A stretch of DNA of 64,000 nt from the NCBI GenBank assembly GCA_963782055.1, contig CAWAIF010000003.1:6624001-6688000 (forward strand), in the 5' to 3' direction. The translations under genes and the position numbers were made by a program. The stretch comes from an uncultured delta proteobacterium (GTDB lineage Bacteria > Myxococcota_A > Polyangia > Polyangiales > Polyangiaceae). Below are positions 36,010 to 46,476 of the stretch, piece by piece. Within the stretch, counting starts at the first letter, position 1, and every line of letters begins with the position of its first letter. A model generated the notes under the pieces. The model saw only the letters and a program-made list of their open reading frames with translations, did not search any database and was not told where the DNA came from.

Positions 36010-37632
36010 GTGCGCGCCATCGACGAGCTCGACGCCGGGGTGGGCCCGGCCGCCACCGCGCGCCGGGACGAGGATCGCTCGAGCGTCCGGCCGCGGGACG
36101 CGCGGCCGCGGCGGACGATCGCCACGCGGGTGCTCGCCTCCTTCGCCGTCACGGTGGTCGCCTTCGCGGTGACCGTGGGGTGGAGCTTCGCGGCGCAGCA
36201 GCGCACCGCCGCCGACAGCGAGGAGCTCGCCAAGGGCTACGTCCCGGTGGTGCTGAAGCTCGCGCAGCTCCGCGCGACGCAGGCCACGCTCTCCACGCTC
36301 GTCGACGGCATCCCCGACGAGCGCGACCCCGTCTCGGCGCGCCTGCTGCTCAAGCCGCTCGTCAGCGCGCGGCGCGCGAAGATGCTGGAGACCAAGGCGG
36401 CGCTCGCCGAGCTCTCGCAGGTGGGGAGCCCCGACACGCGCCGGCTCGCAGACGACCTGCAGGCAGACCTCGCGTCCATCGACACGTCGCTCGACGCCGA
36501 CAAGCCGAGCTTCGAGCGCCTGTTCGCCGCGATGTCGGAGGGCGACAAGGACGGCATCAACCGGGAGCTCGTGACGCTCGGCGCGATCGAGCACGACAGC
36601 GACAAGCGCCTGCACACGCTCTCCGACAGGGTGCAGAGCTCGATGGACGCGCTCACCGCCGCCGCCAAGGAGCGCGACGTGAGGTCGATCTACGCGCTCG
36701 TCGCGCTGGCCATCATCACGCTGGGCGTGGGCGCGCTCGTCTCGCTGCACGTGCGCAAGCTGCTCGCGCCGCTCGCCCGGGTGACGCTCCGCGCGCAGGC
36801 CGTCGCGCGGGGCGATCTCACGCCCCGGGAGGTGCCGCAGGGCGGCGACGAGATCGGCGAGCTGGCGGCCACCTTCGAGAGCATGGTGGGCGCCGTCGGC
36901 AGGGCGCAGCGCGCCGCCCTCTCCAACGAGCGGCTCGCGGCGATCGGCAAGATGGCCGCGCACGTCACGCACGAGATCCGCAACCCGCTCTCCTCGATCG
37001 GCCTCAACGTGGAGCTGCTGGAGGAGGAGCTCGCCCTCTCCGGGGGCCGGGAGGAGCCCAAGGCGCTCGTCGCCGCCATCGCCCGGGAGGTCGGCCGGCT
37101 GGAGCTGCTGAGCGAAGAGTACCTGCGCGTCGCGCGCCTGCCCTCGCCGCGCATGGAGGCGGAGGACGTGGCCGCGGCGGTACGCGACGTGGTGCAGTTC
37201 TCCCGCAAGGAGATGGAGCGCTCCGGCTCCGAGGTGAAGCTCGAGGTGCAGGGCGAGGGCGGGCGCGTGCCACCGGCGCTCTTCGACGAGGCCCAGCTCC
37301 GGCAGGCGCTGCTCAACCTGCTGCGCAACGCGCGCGAGGCGATGCCCGACGGCGGCGTGATCGACGTGGGCGTGCGTGCCGAGGGCATGGGCGTCGTGGT
37401 CACGATCGAGGACCGCGGCTCGGGCATCTCGGAGGAGATCCGCTCGCGCGTCTTCGATCCCTTCTTCTCCACCAAGGGTGAGGGGACCGGCCTCGGCCTC
37501 GCCATCACGCGGCAGATCGTGGAAGCGCACGGCGGCAGCATCACCTGCGACCCGCGGGAGGGCGGCGGCACCACCTTCCGCATCGTGCTGCCGATCGCGC
37601 CCGCCCGCTCTTCCCTTCCCCTCTCCACCTGA
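36010..37632 (+). CDS. HAMP-domain sensor histidine kinase
   Basis: Two TM helices, HAMP DEIGELA, HEIRNPL, NLLRNA, DRGSG and GTGLGL motifs. Confidence 0.93.
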   Translation: MRAIDELDAGVGPAATARRDEDRSSVRPRDARPRRTIATRVLASFAVTVVAFAVTVGWSFAAQQRTAADSEELAKGYVPVVLKLAQLRATQATLSTLVDGIPDERDPVSARLLLKPLVSARRAKMLETKAALAELSQVGSPDTRRLADDLQADLASIDTSLDADKPSFERLFAAMSEGDKDGINRELVTLGAIEHDSDKRLHTLSDRVQSSMDALTAAAKERDVRSIYALVALAIITLGVGALVSLHVRKLLAPLARVTLRAQAVARGDLTPREVPQGGDEIGELAATFESMVGAVGRAQRAALSNERLAAIGKMAAHVTHEIRNPLSSIGLNVELLEEELALSGGREEPKALVAAIAREVGRLELLSEEYLRVARLPSPRMEAEDVAAAVRDVVQFSRKEMERSGSEVKLEVQGEGGRVPPALFDEAQLRQALLNLLRNAREAMPDGGVIDVGVRAEGMGVVVTIEDRGSGISEEIRSRVFDPFFSTKGEGTGLGLAITRQIVEAHGGSITCDPREGGGTTFRIVLPIAPARSSLPLST

Positions 37633-37686
37633 GAGGACGTGCGCTTCGTTCACATCCCTCTCGGGCGCGTGCTAAACCCTCCCGCC

Positions 37687-38445
37687 ATGCGACCCGATGG
37701 ACGCGCGCTGGACGCGCATCGCCCCGTGGAGATGGTCTGCGGCTTCCACCACTTCTCGGAGGGCTCGGTGCTCTACCGCGCCGGCAAGACGGTGGTGCTC
37801 TGCACCGCCTCCATCGACGAGAAGGTCCCGCCCTTCCTGGAGGGCAAGGGCAAGGGCTGGCTCACCGCCGAGTACCAGATGCACCCGCGCGCCAACCCGC
37901 AGCGGCGGGAGCAGCGCGACGGCCGCGGCAAGGCGCCGAGCGGCCGCACGCAGGAGATCCAGCGGCTCATCGGGCGCGCGCTGCGCGCCGCCGTCGCGCT
38001 GGAGAAGCTGGGCGAACGCACCGTCGCCATCGACTGCGACGTGCTGGAGGCCGACGGCGGCACGCGCACCGCCTCGGTGACCGGCGGCTTCGTGGCGCTG
38101 GCCCTCGCGGTGCAGAAGCTCACCCGGAAGGGCGTGCTCAAGCAGAAGGTGCTGCGCGACTCGGTCGCGGCGATCAGCGTCGGGTGCCTGGGCGTGGACG
38201 ACCTGGCGCTCGACCTCGTCTACACCGAGGACTCCACCGCCCGCGTCGACCTGAACGTCGTCGCCACCGGGCGGGCGGGCATCGTGGAGGTGCAGGGCAC
38301 CGCGGAGGGCGAGGCCGTCCCCCGCAAGACCGTCGACTCCATGATCGACCTGGCGCTCGCCGGGATCGACAGCCTGGGCAAGCTGCAGCGCGCCGCGCTC
38401 GAGGGCGCGGGGCTGAAGCTCGACGACCTGCTGATCCAGGGCTGA
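37687..38445 (+). CDS. rph: Ribonuclease PH
   Basis: MRPDGR, GWLTAEY, GRTQEIQRLIGRALR and ADGGTRTAS motifs. Confidence 0.96.
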   Translation: MRPDGRALDAHRPVEMVCGFHHFSEGSVLYRAGKTVVLCTASIDEKVPPFLEGKGKGWLTAEYQMHPRANPQRREQRDGRGKAPSGRTQEIQRLIGRALRAAVALEKLGERTVAIDCDVLEADGGTRTASVTGGFVALALAVQKLTRKGVLKQKVLRDSVAAISVGCLGVDDLALDLVYTEDSTARVDLNVVATGRAGIVEVQGTAEGEAVPRKTVDSMIDLALAGIDSLGKLQRAALEGAGLKLDDLLIQG

Positions 38446-38489
38446 TCCCCGCTTCTCGCTGGCGCGGTTCTGTTCGATACTCCCGGGCG

Positions 38490-39173
38490 GTGAGCGACGA
38501 ACGCACAGGCCGCGCGGTGATCTCGCTCGTGGTCGCGTCGACCAACCGCGGCAAGCTGGAAGAGCTGCGCGCGATGCTCTCCGGACTGCCGGTGCAGGTG
38601 CTCTCCCTCGCCGACGTCGGGGCGGAGGGGATCACGGTCGTGGAGGACGGGGCGACCTTCGAGGCGAACGCGTCGAAGAAGGCGCTCGCCATCGCCGCCG
38701 CCACCACCATGCTCACCCTGGCCGACGACTCCGGGCTGGAGGTGGACGCGCTCGGCGGCGAGCCGGGGGTCCGCTCCGCCCGCTTCGCTCACGAGCGCGC
38801 CACCGACGCGGAGAACAACGCAGCGCTGCTCGCGGCGCTCGGGGCGCTGAGCGAGGCCGGCGCGACGCCCGAGACGCTGGACGCACGCTTCCGGTGCGTG
38901 CTGGCGCTGGTGGACCCGTACGGCGCGAAGAAGGAGCCCTTCCTGGTGGAGGGCCGCTGCGAGGGCGCCATCGTGCGCGCCCCGCGCGGGCAGGGCGGCT
39001 TCGGCTACGACCCGCTCTTCCTGGTCGCCGGGACCGACAAGACCATGGCGGAGCTCTCGGCGGAGGAGAAGAACGAGCGCTCCCACCGCGCCCAGGCCTT
39101 CCGCAAGCTGCGGCCCGTGCTGGAGAAGGTGCTCCTGGCGCGGGAAGAGCGGGTGCGGAAGGTGCTGGAATAG
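38490..39173 (+). CDS. rdgB: dITP/XTP pyrophosphatase
   Basis: ASTNRGK, ADDSGLEVDAL, GFGYDPLF and SHR motifs; follows rph. Confidence 0.95.
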   Translation: MSDERTGRAVISLVVASTNRGKLEELRAMLSGLPVQVLSLADVGAEGITVVEDGATFEANASKKALAIAAATTMLTLADDSGLEVDALGGEPGVRSARFAHERATDAENNAALLAALGALSEAGATPETLDARFRCVLALVDPYGAKKEPFLVEGRCEGAIVRAPRGQGGFGYDPLFLVAGTDKTMAELSAEEKNERSHRAQAFRKLRPVLEKVLLAREERVRKVLE

Positions 39174-39237
39174 ACGTTTCGCCGGCCGGGGCTCGGGGGT
39201 GTGGCGAGCCGGACGGGGCGATGGTAGGGGGACGCTC

Positions 39238-39600
39238 GTGGCCTCCGACTGGAAGGCCGTCGGGCGCTACGGGACCGTCGGCTTCGATCTCATCCTCTCC
39301 ATCATCCTCGGCTACCTCCTCGGCCGCTGGGTGGACAGGCACGTGGGTGGCCACGGCTACGTGACGGTGGCGGGCGTCATCGTCGGGACGTACGCCGGCT
39401 TCCGGTCCATCTACGTGGCCGCCAAGAAGATGGAGAAGGAGGCGGAGCGCGACGAGCGGGCCCAGCGGCGCGCCGCGGAGCAGAGCTCCAAGCTGGAGCG
39501 CTTCCGGCGGGACGCGGACGCCGAGGCGGCCGCCAGCCCCCGGGACGCGGCCGGCCCCCCCGCCGCCGGCGAGGACACGACGGACCCAAAGGATGGCTGA
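39238..39600 (+). CDS. AtpZ/AtpI-family protein
   Basis: Two TM helices, ILGYLLGRWVD motif; first gene of the Fo cluster. Confidence 0.8.
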   Translation: MASDWKAVGRYGTVGFDLILSIILGYLLGRWVDRHVGGHGYVTVAGVIVGTYAGFRSIYVAAKKMEKEAERDERAQRRAAEQSSKLERFRRDADAEAAASPRDAAGPPAAGEDTTDPKDG

Positions 39601-39985
39601 GCCGCTCGACCCGCGTCTGGCCACCGCGATGAAGAGCGTCGCCGCCATGGGCCTGCTCGTCGCCCTGGTGGGCGGCACCCTGTACGGCCCGCGGACGGGC
39701 CTGGGGGTCGCCCTGGGCGCGGGCATCGCCGTGTCCAACCTCTACGCCCTCGCGCGCATCGTCCGGGCGCTCGCCCGGCCCGGCGCCTCTCGTAGCGTGG
39801 CCGGCTGGACTTTCGCCTTCCTGGCGAAGCTGCTCTTCCTCTTCGGGGGCGCCTGGCTCCTGCTCACATGGCACGTGGTCGGCGTGATGGCCTTGGCGGC
39901 AGGCTACGGGACCCTACCGATTGGGATTGCCATCGGCTCGCTCGTGAGCGACAAAGCGTCCCCGGAAGACGCGGGAAGCGCCTAG
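39593..39985 (+). CDS. atpI: ATP synthase subunit I-like membrane protein
   Basis: Four TM helices; directly upstream of atpB. Confidence 0.7.
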   Translation: MAEPLDPRLATAMKSVAAMGLLVALVGGTLYGPRTGLGVALGAGIAVSNLYALARIVRALARPGASRSVAGWTFAFLAKLLFLFGGAWLLLTWHVVGVMALAAGYGTLPIGIAIGSLVSDKASPEDAGSA

Positions 39986-39992
39986 GTCAGCC

Positions 39993-40808
39993 ATGCCGGA
40001 GCACACCTCCTTCATCCATTACCTCCTCAACTGGCTCTTCGGGCACACCGCGCTCGAGGAGAACATGCACCGCTTCGGGCACACGATGTTCGGCAAGACG
40101 GTGGGCGCGCACGAGGCCGAGCCTCTCGCCGCGAGCCTCCTCGTCGCCATCGTGCTGATCCTGCTCGCCTGGCGCGTGAGCGATCAGGTCAAGAACCAGG
40201 ACAAGGCCGTCATCCCGGACGAGAAGCTCTCGCTGCGGACCTTCTTCGAGATCTTCATCGGCTACTTCTACGGGATGATGAAGGACATGATGGGGGCCAA
40301 GCGCGCCAAGCGCTACTTCCCCATCGTCGGCACGGCGGCGTGCTTCGTCTTCTTCGGCAACGCGCTCGGCCTCATCCCCGGGCTCATCCCCCCCACCTCC
40401 GCGTGGGACATCACCTGGGGCTGCGCGATCGTCGTCTTTTTCGCCTTCAACTACTACGGCATCAAGGAGAACGGCTCCGCCTACTTCCGGCACCTCGCCG
40501 GGCCGTGGCTCGGGTGGCTGGGGCTGCCGATCAACATCCTGGTGTTCGTGATCGAGCTGTTCGCCCTCTTCCTGCGACCGCTCACCCTCTCCATCCGTCT
40601 CATGGTCAACATGGCGGTGGACCACCTGCTCGTCTCGGTCACCCTGGCGCTGGTGGCGCTGCTGGTGCCCATCCCGATGATCCTCCTGAGCACCCTGGTG
40701 GTCGTCATCCAGGTGCTCGTCTTCTGCTTGCTGACGGCGATCTACATCGCGCTGGCCACCGAGCACGAGGAGCACGACGAGCACGGCCACGCGGAGGCCC
40801 ACGCCTGA
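39993..40808 (+). CDS. atpB: ATP synthase Fo subunit a
   Basis: [24 protein letters not shown] and [13 protein letters not shown] motifs. Confidence 0.96.
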   Translation: MPEHTSFIHYLLNWLFGHTALEENMHRFGHTMFGKTVGAHEAEPLAASLLVAIVLILLAWRVSDQVKNQDKAVIPDEKLSLRTFFEIFIGYFYGMMKDMMGAKRAKRYFPIVGTAACFVFFGNALGLIPGLIPPTSAWDITWGCAIVVFFAFNYYGIKENGSAYFRHLAGPWLGWLGLPINILVFVIELFALFLRPLTLSIRLMVNMAVDHLLVSVTLALVALLVPIPMILLSTLVVVIQVLVFCLLTAIYIALATEHEEHDEHGHAEAHA

Positions 40809-40915
40809 GAGGCGCAAGAAAGCCTCTAGCCAGGCGGGCCGAAAAGCACTATCAACCGGGCGCCCACGACGGGGCCCAAAGTCCCCCCTCACCTTCCACG
40901 CAGGAGTCCTGGACG

Positions 40916-41242
40916 ATGTCGCTCACGAAGAAGCTCGCCGCCACCGGCACCGGTTTGGCCACGTTCCTGGTGCCTCTCGCCGCGATGGCGCAGGGTGCAG
41001 CCGGCGGAAATGACTCCGGGCCGAAGGTCGGCGCGTACATCGGCGCGGGCCTGGCCATCGGCCTCGCGGTGCTCGGCGGCGCGATGGGTCAGGGGCGCGC
41101 GGCGGCCTCCGCGCTGGAGGGCATCGCCCGCAACCCGGGCGCGGCGTCCAAGATCCAGACGCCGATGATCCTCGCGCTCGCCCTCGTCGAGTCGCTCGTC
41201 CTGCTCGCCTTCCTCATCGCGTTCTTCCTGCAGTCCAAGTAG
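40916..41242 (+). CDS. atpE: ATP synthase Fo subunit c
   Basis: [20 protein letters not shown] and ALVES motifs; AGGAG RBS. Confidence 0.95.
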   Translation: MSLTKKLAATGTGLATFLVPLAAMAQGAAGGNDSGPKVGAYIGAGLAIGLAVLGGAMGQGRAAASALEGIARNPGAASKIQTPMILALALVESLVLLAFLIAFFLQSK

Positions 41243-41276
41243 GGACGGCGCCCCTCGCGGGGCCCACGCGTGATCG

Positions 41277-41315
41277 CAAGGCCTCCGCGCCCGCCGGGCG
41301 TGGGGGCCTTGTTTT
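41277..41315 (+). terminator. Terminator after atpE
   Basis: CAAGGCCTCCGCGCCC/GGGCGTGGGGGCCTTG stem followed by TTTT. Confidence 0.75.
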
Positions 41316-41321
41316 GCGTCC

Positions 41322-42380
41322 TCAGCGCCCGCTCCCCGCGTTGGCGCAGCGGACGAGCGCATCGGCGGCGGCCAGGGCGGAGCGGGCCGGGAGGCCGGCC
41401 GAGCGGACCTTGCGCAGGGCCTGACAGGCGCTGCGCAGCTCGCGGACGTTGGAGCTGGGGGTGTCCAGCGCGTCCACGGCGAGCGCGCGCTGGGTGACGT
41501 TGGCCTCCAGCGCGCCGGCCAGGGTCTCGTCGAGGGCCTTGCCACATCGCTCGACCGCGGCCTCCAGCGGGACGGCGAGGGCGGCGTACTGCGCCTTCGG
41601 CCGGGTCTTGAGGGCGAGGTCCCAGGCCCGCCGCAGACGAGCGCAGGGGAGCGTCTCGCTCTTGCTGGCGCCGCCCAGCAGCCCCGTCTCCGCCGAGGAC
41701 CCCAGCCAGGACAGCACGTCGTCGTCGATGGCGGCCATCTGCGCGGCGGCGCCGAGGCACCGCTGGTCGTCCCGGGAGGCCACCGGCACGGTGGTGAAGG
41801 TCATCCGCACCTCGTGGGTCGCATCGACCGAGGCGAGGCCCTGACACATGGCGCCGCGCGTGGCGGCGTCGGCGAGGCGGCGCTCCACCGCGGGCGACGC
41901 GGTGGCGCCGGCGCTGGCGAGCACGCCGGTGCACTCGGAGCACCCGGCCTTCACCGCGCCCTCCAGGTCGCCGACGAAGGACGTCAGCTTGGGGCTCTTG
42001 CGGGTCATCGCCCTGGAGGCGACCGAGGCCGTTGACGCGTCGGAGAGGCCGCGTCGGATGAGCCGCGGTCCCCACGCCGCGCCGCGCTCCACCGCAGCCC
42101 ACGCCGCCAGGTAGACGTTGAGATCGTTCTTGGGCTTGGCCTCCAGCGCGGCCTGGGCCTTCGGGTTCTTGTCGGCGAGGCGGCCGAGGGCGCCGGTCGC
42201 CTCCGGCGCGGTCTGCTGATCCAGCCACGCCACGTTGCCCTTGGCCTCGGCGTCGGAGACGCCCGCCGGCTTGCAGCCGGAGAGCATGCCGAACACGACC
42301 CACGCGGCCGCGGCCGCCAGGGCGCGGGGCCGACGGCCGGCCGACGGCCCGGAGGGCGCGTGGACTCTCGCGTGGGCCAT
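41322..42380 (-). CDS. Hypothetical helical lipoprotein
   Basis: LSGC lipobox; Ala-rich helical body with several Cys. Confidence 0.7.
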   Translation of the reverse strand: MAHARVHAPSGPSAGRRPRALAAAAAWVVFGMLSGCKPAGVSDAEAKGNVAWLDQQTAPEATGALGRLADKNPKAQAALEAKPKNDLNVYLAAWAAVERGAAWGPRLIRRGLSDASTASVASRAMTRKSPKLTSFVGDLEGAVKAGCSECTGVLASAGATASPAVERRLADAATRGAMCQGLASVDATHEVRMTFTTVPVASRDDQRCLGAAAQMAAIDDDVLSWLGSSAETGLLGGASKSETLPCARLRRAWDLALKTRPKAQYAALAVPLEAAVERCGKALDETLAGALEANVTQRALAVDALDTPSSNVRELRSACQALRKVRSAGLPARSALAAADALVRCANAGSGR

Positions 42381-42517
42381 CGAGGGGGATGATACCCAAT
42401 TTCACTGCCCTTCCCGGCGTTCTTCGGCCGAGCCTCCCGCTCGGACCCCATTCGCGGCGGGGCCCGCGCCAAACGCCGCGACACGCAGGGACGCCCCGCA
42501 GCGTCTAAGATGACGGC

Positions 42518-43426
42518 ATGCTCGTCGTCATCGCCGGGGGGACCGGCTTCATCGGCCGGAAGCTGGCGCGCGCGCTCGTGGACCGCGGGGACGAGGTGAC
42601 GCTCCTCTCGCGGACGGCGGCCCCGCCGGCGGAGGGGGTGCGCACGGTGGCGTGGGACCCGCGGCCGGGCGGCGACCTCGCGTGGACCCGGACCATCGAC
42701 GGCGCCGGCGCCGTGGTGAACCTCGCGGGGGCCGGCGTGGTGGACGAGCGCTGGACCGACGCGCGCCTCGCGCTGATCCGCTCCAGCCGCGTGGACTCCA
42801 CCGACGCGCTGGTGCGCGCCATCGACAGAGCGGAGCGGCGGCCGCGTGTGCTCGTCAGCGCGTCGGGCGTGGGCATCTACGGCATGCGCAAGGACGACAC
42901 CATCCTGGGCGAGGACGGCGACCACGGCACCGACGTGCTCGCCTCCCTGTGCGAGGACTGGGAGGCCGCCGCCCTGCGCGCGGAGGAGAGCTGCCGGGTG
43001 GCGGTGTCGCGCTTCGGCGTGGTGCTCGGCGCCGACGGCGGCGCGCTCGCCCGGATGGTCCCGCTCTTCCGGCGCTTCCTCGGCGGGCCCATCGGCGACG
43101 GGCAACAGTGGTGGAGCTGGATCCACTGGCGGGACGCCGTGCGCGCCCTCCTCTTCGCGATCGACGAGGACGCCCTTCGCGGCCCCTTCAACGTCACCGC
43201 GCCGGAGCCCGTCACCATGAACGAGGTGGCGCGCGCGCTGGGCGAGGTGCTGCACCGGCCGGCGGTGTGGCGCGTGCCCGCCTTCTCCCTGCGCCTGGCG
43301 CTCGGCGACGCCGCCGAGGTCATCCTCACCGGGCAGCGCGTCGTGCCGCGGCGGCTGCAGGAGCTGGGCTTCCGCTTCGAGCACCCGGACTTCACCGCGG
43401 CGCTGCGCGACGCCGTGCGTTCATAG
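42518..43426 (+). CDS. TIGR01777/YfcH-family NAD-dependent epimerase
   Basis: GGTGFIG, VVNLAG, SSRVDST, GPIGDGQQWWSWIH and GPFNVTAP motifs. Confidence 0.92.
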   Translation: MLVVIAGGTGFIGRKLARALVDRGDEVTLLSRTAAPPAEGVRTVAWDPRPGGDLAWTRTIDGAGAVVNLAGAGVVDERWTDARLALIRSSRVDSTDALVRAIDRAERRPRVLVSASGVGIYGMRKDDTILGEDGDHGTDVLASLCEDWEAAALRAEESCRVAVSRFGVVLGADGGALARMVPLFRRFLGGPIGDGQQWWSWIHWRDAVRALLFAIDEDALRGPFNVTAPEPVTMNEVARALGEVLHRPAVWRVPAFSLRLALGDAAEVILTGQRVVPRRLQELGFRFEHPDFTAALRDAVRS

Positions 43427-45349
43427 CTCGATCTGCGAGCCGAACTCCACGACCCGCCCGGGCGGGATGTTGAAGAAGGCGGTGGCCGGGCGCGCGTTGC
43501 GCGACAGGAAGGAGAAGAGGACCTTGCGCCAGCGCGCCATGCCCTTCTTGTCGGTGATCACCAGGGTCTCGCGGCCCAGGAAGAAGCTGGTGTCGTCCTG
43601 GCGCGTGACCAGGCCCTTGGCGGCGCAGCGCTGCAGGATCTCCAGAGCGTCGGGCGATTGCATGAAGCCGACGGCCGCGCGCACCTGCCAGATGCCGCTG
43701 CCCAGGTCGACCATGCGCTCGATGCGCTCGGAGGGCGGCACCTCCGGCACGTGCTGGGTCGCAATGGAGAGGCACACCACCTGCTTGTGCAGCATCTTGT
43801 TGTGCTTGAAGTGGTGCAGGAGCACCGGCGGCGTCGCGTCGGGGTTGGAGGTCATGAAGATGGCCGTCCCTTCCACCCGCGGCGGCTTCGCGCGCGCCAG
43901 GTCCTCGATGAAGGCGCTGAGCGGCAGGCGGGAGGCGAAGATGGCCCTGGCGAGCTCGGCGCGGCCGCGCTTCCACGTCACCATGATGGTGAAGACGAGC
44001 GCGCCGATGCCCAGCGGCACCCACCCGCCGTCCTCGATCTTCACCGTGTTCGCCGTGAAGAAGCCGATGTCCACGGTGAGGAAGACGGCGCAGAGCGAGC
44101 CGGCCTTGAGGATGCCCCAGCCCCAGCGGCTGCGCGCCACCGCGTAAAAGAGCACGGTGGTGATGATCATCGTGCCGGTCACCGCGATGCCGTACGCCGC
44201 GGCGAGGTCGGTGGAGTGCTTGAAGCCGAGCACCAGGGCGACGCACGCGACCATGAGCGCCCAGTTGACCTCCGGGATGTAGATCTGCCCCTCGGCCTCG
44301 CCGGAGGTGTGGAGGATGGCGACGCGCGGCCAGTAGCCGAGCTGCACCGCCTGCTGCGTGAGGGAGTAGGCTCCGGTGATGAGGGCCTGCGAGGCGATGA
44401 CCGTGGCCGCGGTGGCGATGCCGACGAGCGGGTAGAGGAACCAGCTCGGCGCGAGGGCGTAGAAGGGGTTGGCGAGCGCCGCCTTGCCGTGGGACGACAG
44501 CAGCAGCGCGCCCTGGCCGAAGTAGTTGAGCAAGAGGCACGGGAAGACGAGGCCGTACCAGGCGATCTTGATGGGCTTCGGGCCGAAGTGGCCCATGTCG
44601 GCGTAGAGCGCCTCGCCGCCGGTGATGCACAGGACGACCGAGCCGAGCACGAAGAAGCCCGCCTCCCCGTGGTGGGCGAGGAACTGCACCGCGAGCACCG
44701 GGTTGACCGCGAGCAGCACGTGCGGGTGCTTCACGATCGCGACGACGCCGATCGACGCGATGCTGCCGAACCAGAGGACCATCGCCGGGCCGAAGACGGC
44801 GCCGACGCGATGCGTGCCGCGCTGCTGTACCCAGAAGAGGCCCACCAGGATGACCACGGTGATGGGCACGACGAGGTGATGGAGCACCGGCGAGGGCTGC
44901 ACCTCGAGGCCCTCCACCGCCGAGAGCACCGAGATGGCGGGCGTGATCACGCCGTCGCCGTAGAGCAGCGCCGCGCCGAACAGGCCCAGGAACACGAGTA
45001 TCAGTATGCGCTTGCGCTTCGTGTCGCCATCGTCGCCGGTGACGACGGCGAGCAGGGCGAGGATGCCGCCCTCGCCGCGGTTGTCCGCGCGCATGATGAA
45101 GGTCATGTACTTGACCACGATCACCAGCACGAGCGACCAGAAGAAGAGCGAGAGGATGCCGAGCACGTTGGCGTGCGTCAGCGTGAGCTTCGTCACCTTC
45201 CCGGCGAAGTCGGTGTGGTCGCTGAAGCACTCCTTCACCGCGTACAGCGGCGAGGTCCCGATGTCCCCGTAGACGACGCCGAGGGCGGCCAGGGAGAGCT
45301 TCGCCAGGTCTCTGGGCGACCGAGCGCCGGAGTGCGCCTGGGATTCCAT
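43421..45349 (-). CDS. kup: K+ uptake permease
   Basis: GVVYGDIGTSPLY, ADNRGEGG, GDGVITPAIS and GGEALYADMGHF motifs. Confidence 0.97.
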   Translation of the reverse strand: MESQAHSGARSPRDLAKLSLAALGVVYGDIGTSPLYAVKECFSDHTDFAGKVTKLTLTHANVLGILSLFFWSLVLVIVVKYMTFIMRADNRGEGGILALLAVVTGDDGDTKRKRILILVFLGLFGAALLYGDGVITPAISVLSAVEGLEVQPSPVLHHLVVPITVVILVGLFWVQQRGTHRVGAVFGPAMVLWFGSIASIGVVAIVKHPHVLLAVNPVLAVQFLAHHGEAGFFVLGSVVLCITGGEALYADMGHFGPKPIKIAWYGLVFPCLLLNYFGQGALLLSSHGKAALANPFYALAPSWFLYPLVGIATAATVIASQALITGAYSLTQQAVQLGYWPRVAILHTSGEAEGQIYIPEVNWALMVACVALVLGFKHSTDLAAAYGIAVTGTMIITTVLFYAVARSRWGWGILKAGSLCAVFLTVDIGFFTANTVKIEDGGWVPLGIGALVFTIMVTWKRGRAELARAIFASRLPLSAFIEDLARAKPPRVEGTAIFMTSNPDATPPVLLHHFKHNKMLHKQVVCLSIATQHVPEVPPSERIERMVDLGSGIWQVRAAVGFMQSPDALEILQRCAAKGLVTRQDDTSFFLGRETLVITDKKGMARWRKVLFSFLSRNARPATAFFNIPPGRVVEFGSQIEL

Positions 45350-45411
45350 GAGTCGGCGCTCCACAGGTACGCCGCGCAGGCCTCCTCTGTCCAGTGGTAC
45401 TCTCGCGGCGC

Positions 45412-46452
45412 ATGCCGAACGTGTCGCTCCGGCGCCTGTGGTACGCCGCCGCGCTGCTCACGCTGCTGGTGCTCGGAGGAAGCGCGGGGTACTTCGTCCT
45501 GGGCGCGGGGCGGTGGACGTTCGGCGAGTGCGTGTACATGACCGTCATCACCCTCTCGACGGTCGGCTTCGCCGAGCTGGGCGGGATGGACACCGTGCCG
45601 GGCACCCGCGGCCTCACCATGGTGCTCATCGCCGGCGGCATCGGCACGCTGGCGTACGTGCAGGCCAACGTGACCGCCATCCTCGTCGAGGGGGTGATCG
45701 GCCAGGCGCTCCGGAGGAATCGCATGCGCAAGAAGATCGAGTCCCTCGCCGGGCACATCGTCGTGGCGGGGTCGGGGTCCACCGGCAAGCACATCATCGA
45801 GGAGCTCGTCGCCACGCAGACGCCCTTCGTCGTCATCGACCGCAACCACGAGCACCTGCAGCGGCTCGCGCAGTCGGTCACGGCCACCGAGCTGCTCTAC
45901 GTGCACGGCGACGCGACGGAGGACGGCGTGCTGCTGGAGGCCGGGGTGGACCGCGCCGCCGGCGTCGTCGCCGCGCTGACGCACGACAAGGACAACCTGT
46001 ACGTGACCCTGAGCGCGCGCAGCCTCAACTCCGGCGCGCGCATCGTCTCCAAGGTGACCGAGGACGAGGCGGCGCCCAAGATGCTCAAGGCCGGCGCGAG
46101 CAGCGTGGTGAGCCCGACGCAGATCGGCGGGCGGCGCATGGCGAGCGAGGTGCTGCGCCCGGAGGTCAACGAGTTCCTCGACCAGATGCTCCGCGACAAG
46201 GACAAGACGCTGCGGCTGGAGGAGGTGCTCGTCCCGGAGACCTCGCCGTACGTGGGGCGCGCGCTCAAGGACGCGCCCATCCGCAAGGAGACGCGGCTGC
46301 TCGTCGTCGCCGTGCGCCGCAAGACGCGCGACTTCGTCTACAACCCGGAGCCGGACTTCGTCCTGGAGGCCGGCGCGACCCTCGTCGTCATGGGCCCCTC
46401 CGAGGGCGTCCGCAAGCTCCGCGCGATGATGAACGAGAAGAAGGGGACCTGA
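45412..46452 (+). CDS. Potassium channel with TrkA-N/TrkA-C (RCK) domains
   Basis: Two TM helices with pore loop TLSTVGFAE, GSGSTG, VHGDAT, DNL and RCK_C. Confidence 0.9.
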   Translation: MPNVSLRRLWYAAALLTLLVLGGSAGYFVLGAGRWTFGECVYMTVITLSTVGFAELGGMDTVPGTRGLTMVLIAGGIGTLAYVQANVTAILVEGVIGQALRRNRMRKKIESLAGHIVVAGSGSTGKHIIEELVATQTPFVVIDRNHEHLQRLAQSVTATELLYVHGDATEDGVLLEAGVDRAAGVVAALTHDKDNLYVTLSARSLNSGARIVSKVTEDEAAPKMLKAGASSVVSPTQIGGRRMASEVLRPEVNEFLDQMLRDKDKTLRLEEVLVPETSPYVGRALKDAPIRKETRLLVVAVRRKTRDFVYNPEPDFVLEAGATLVVMGPSEGVRKLRAMMNEKKGT

Positions 46453-46476
46453 CCGGGCCAGGGGCCCGACGCGAGC

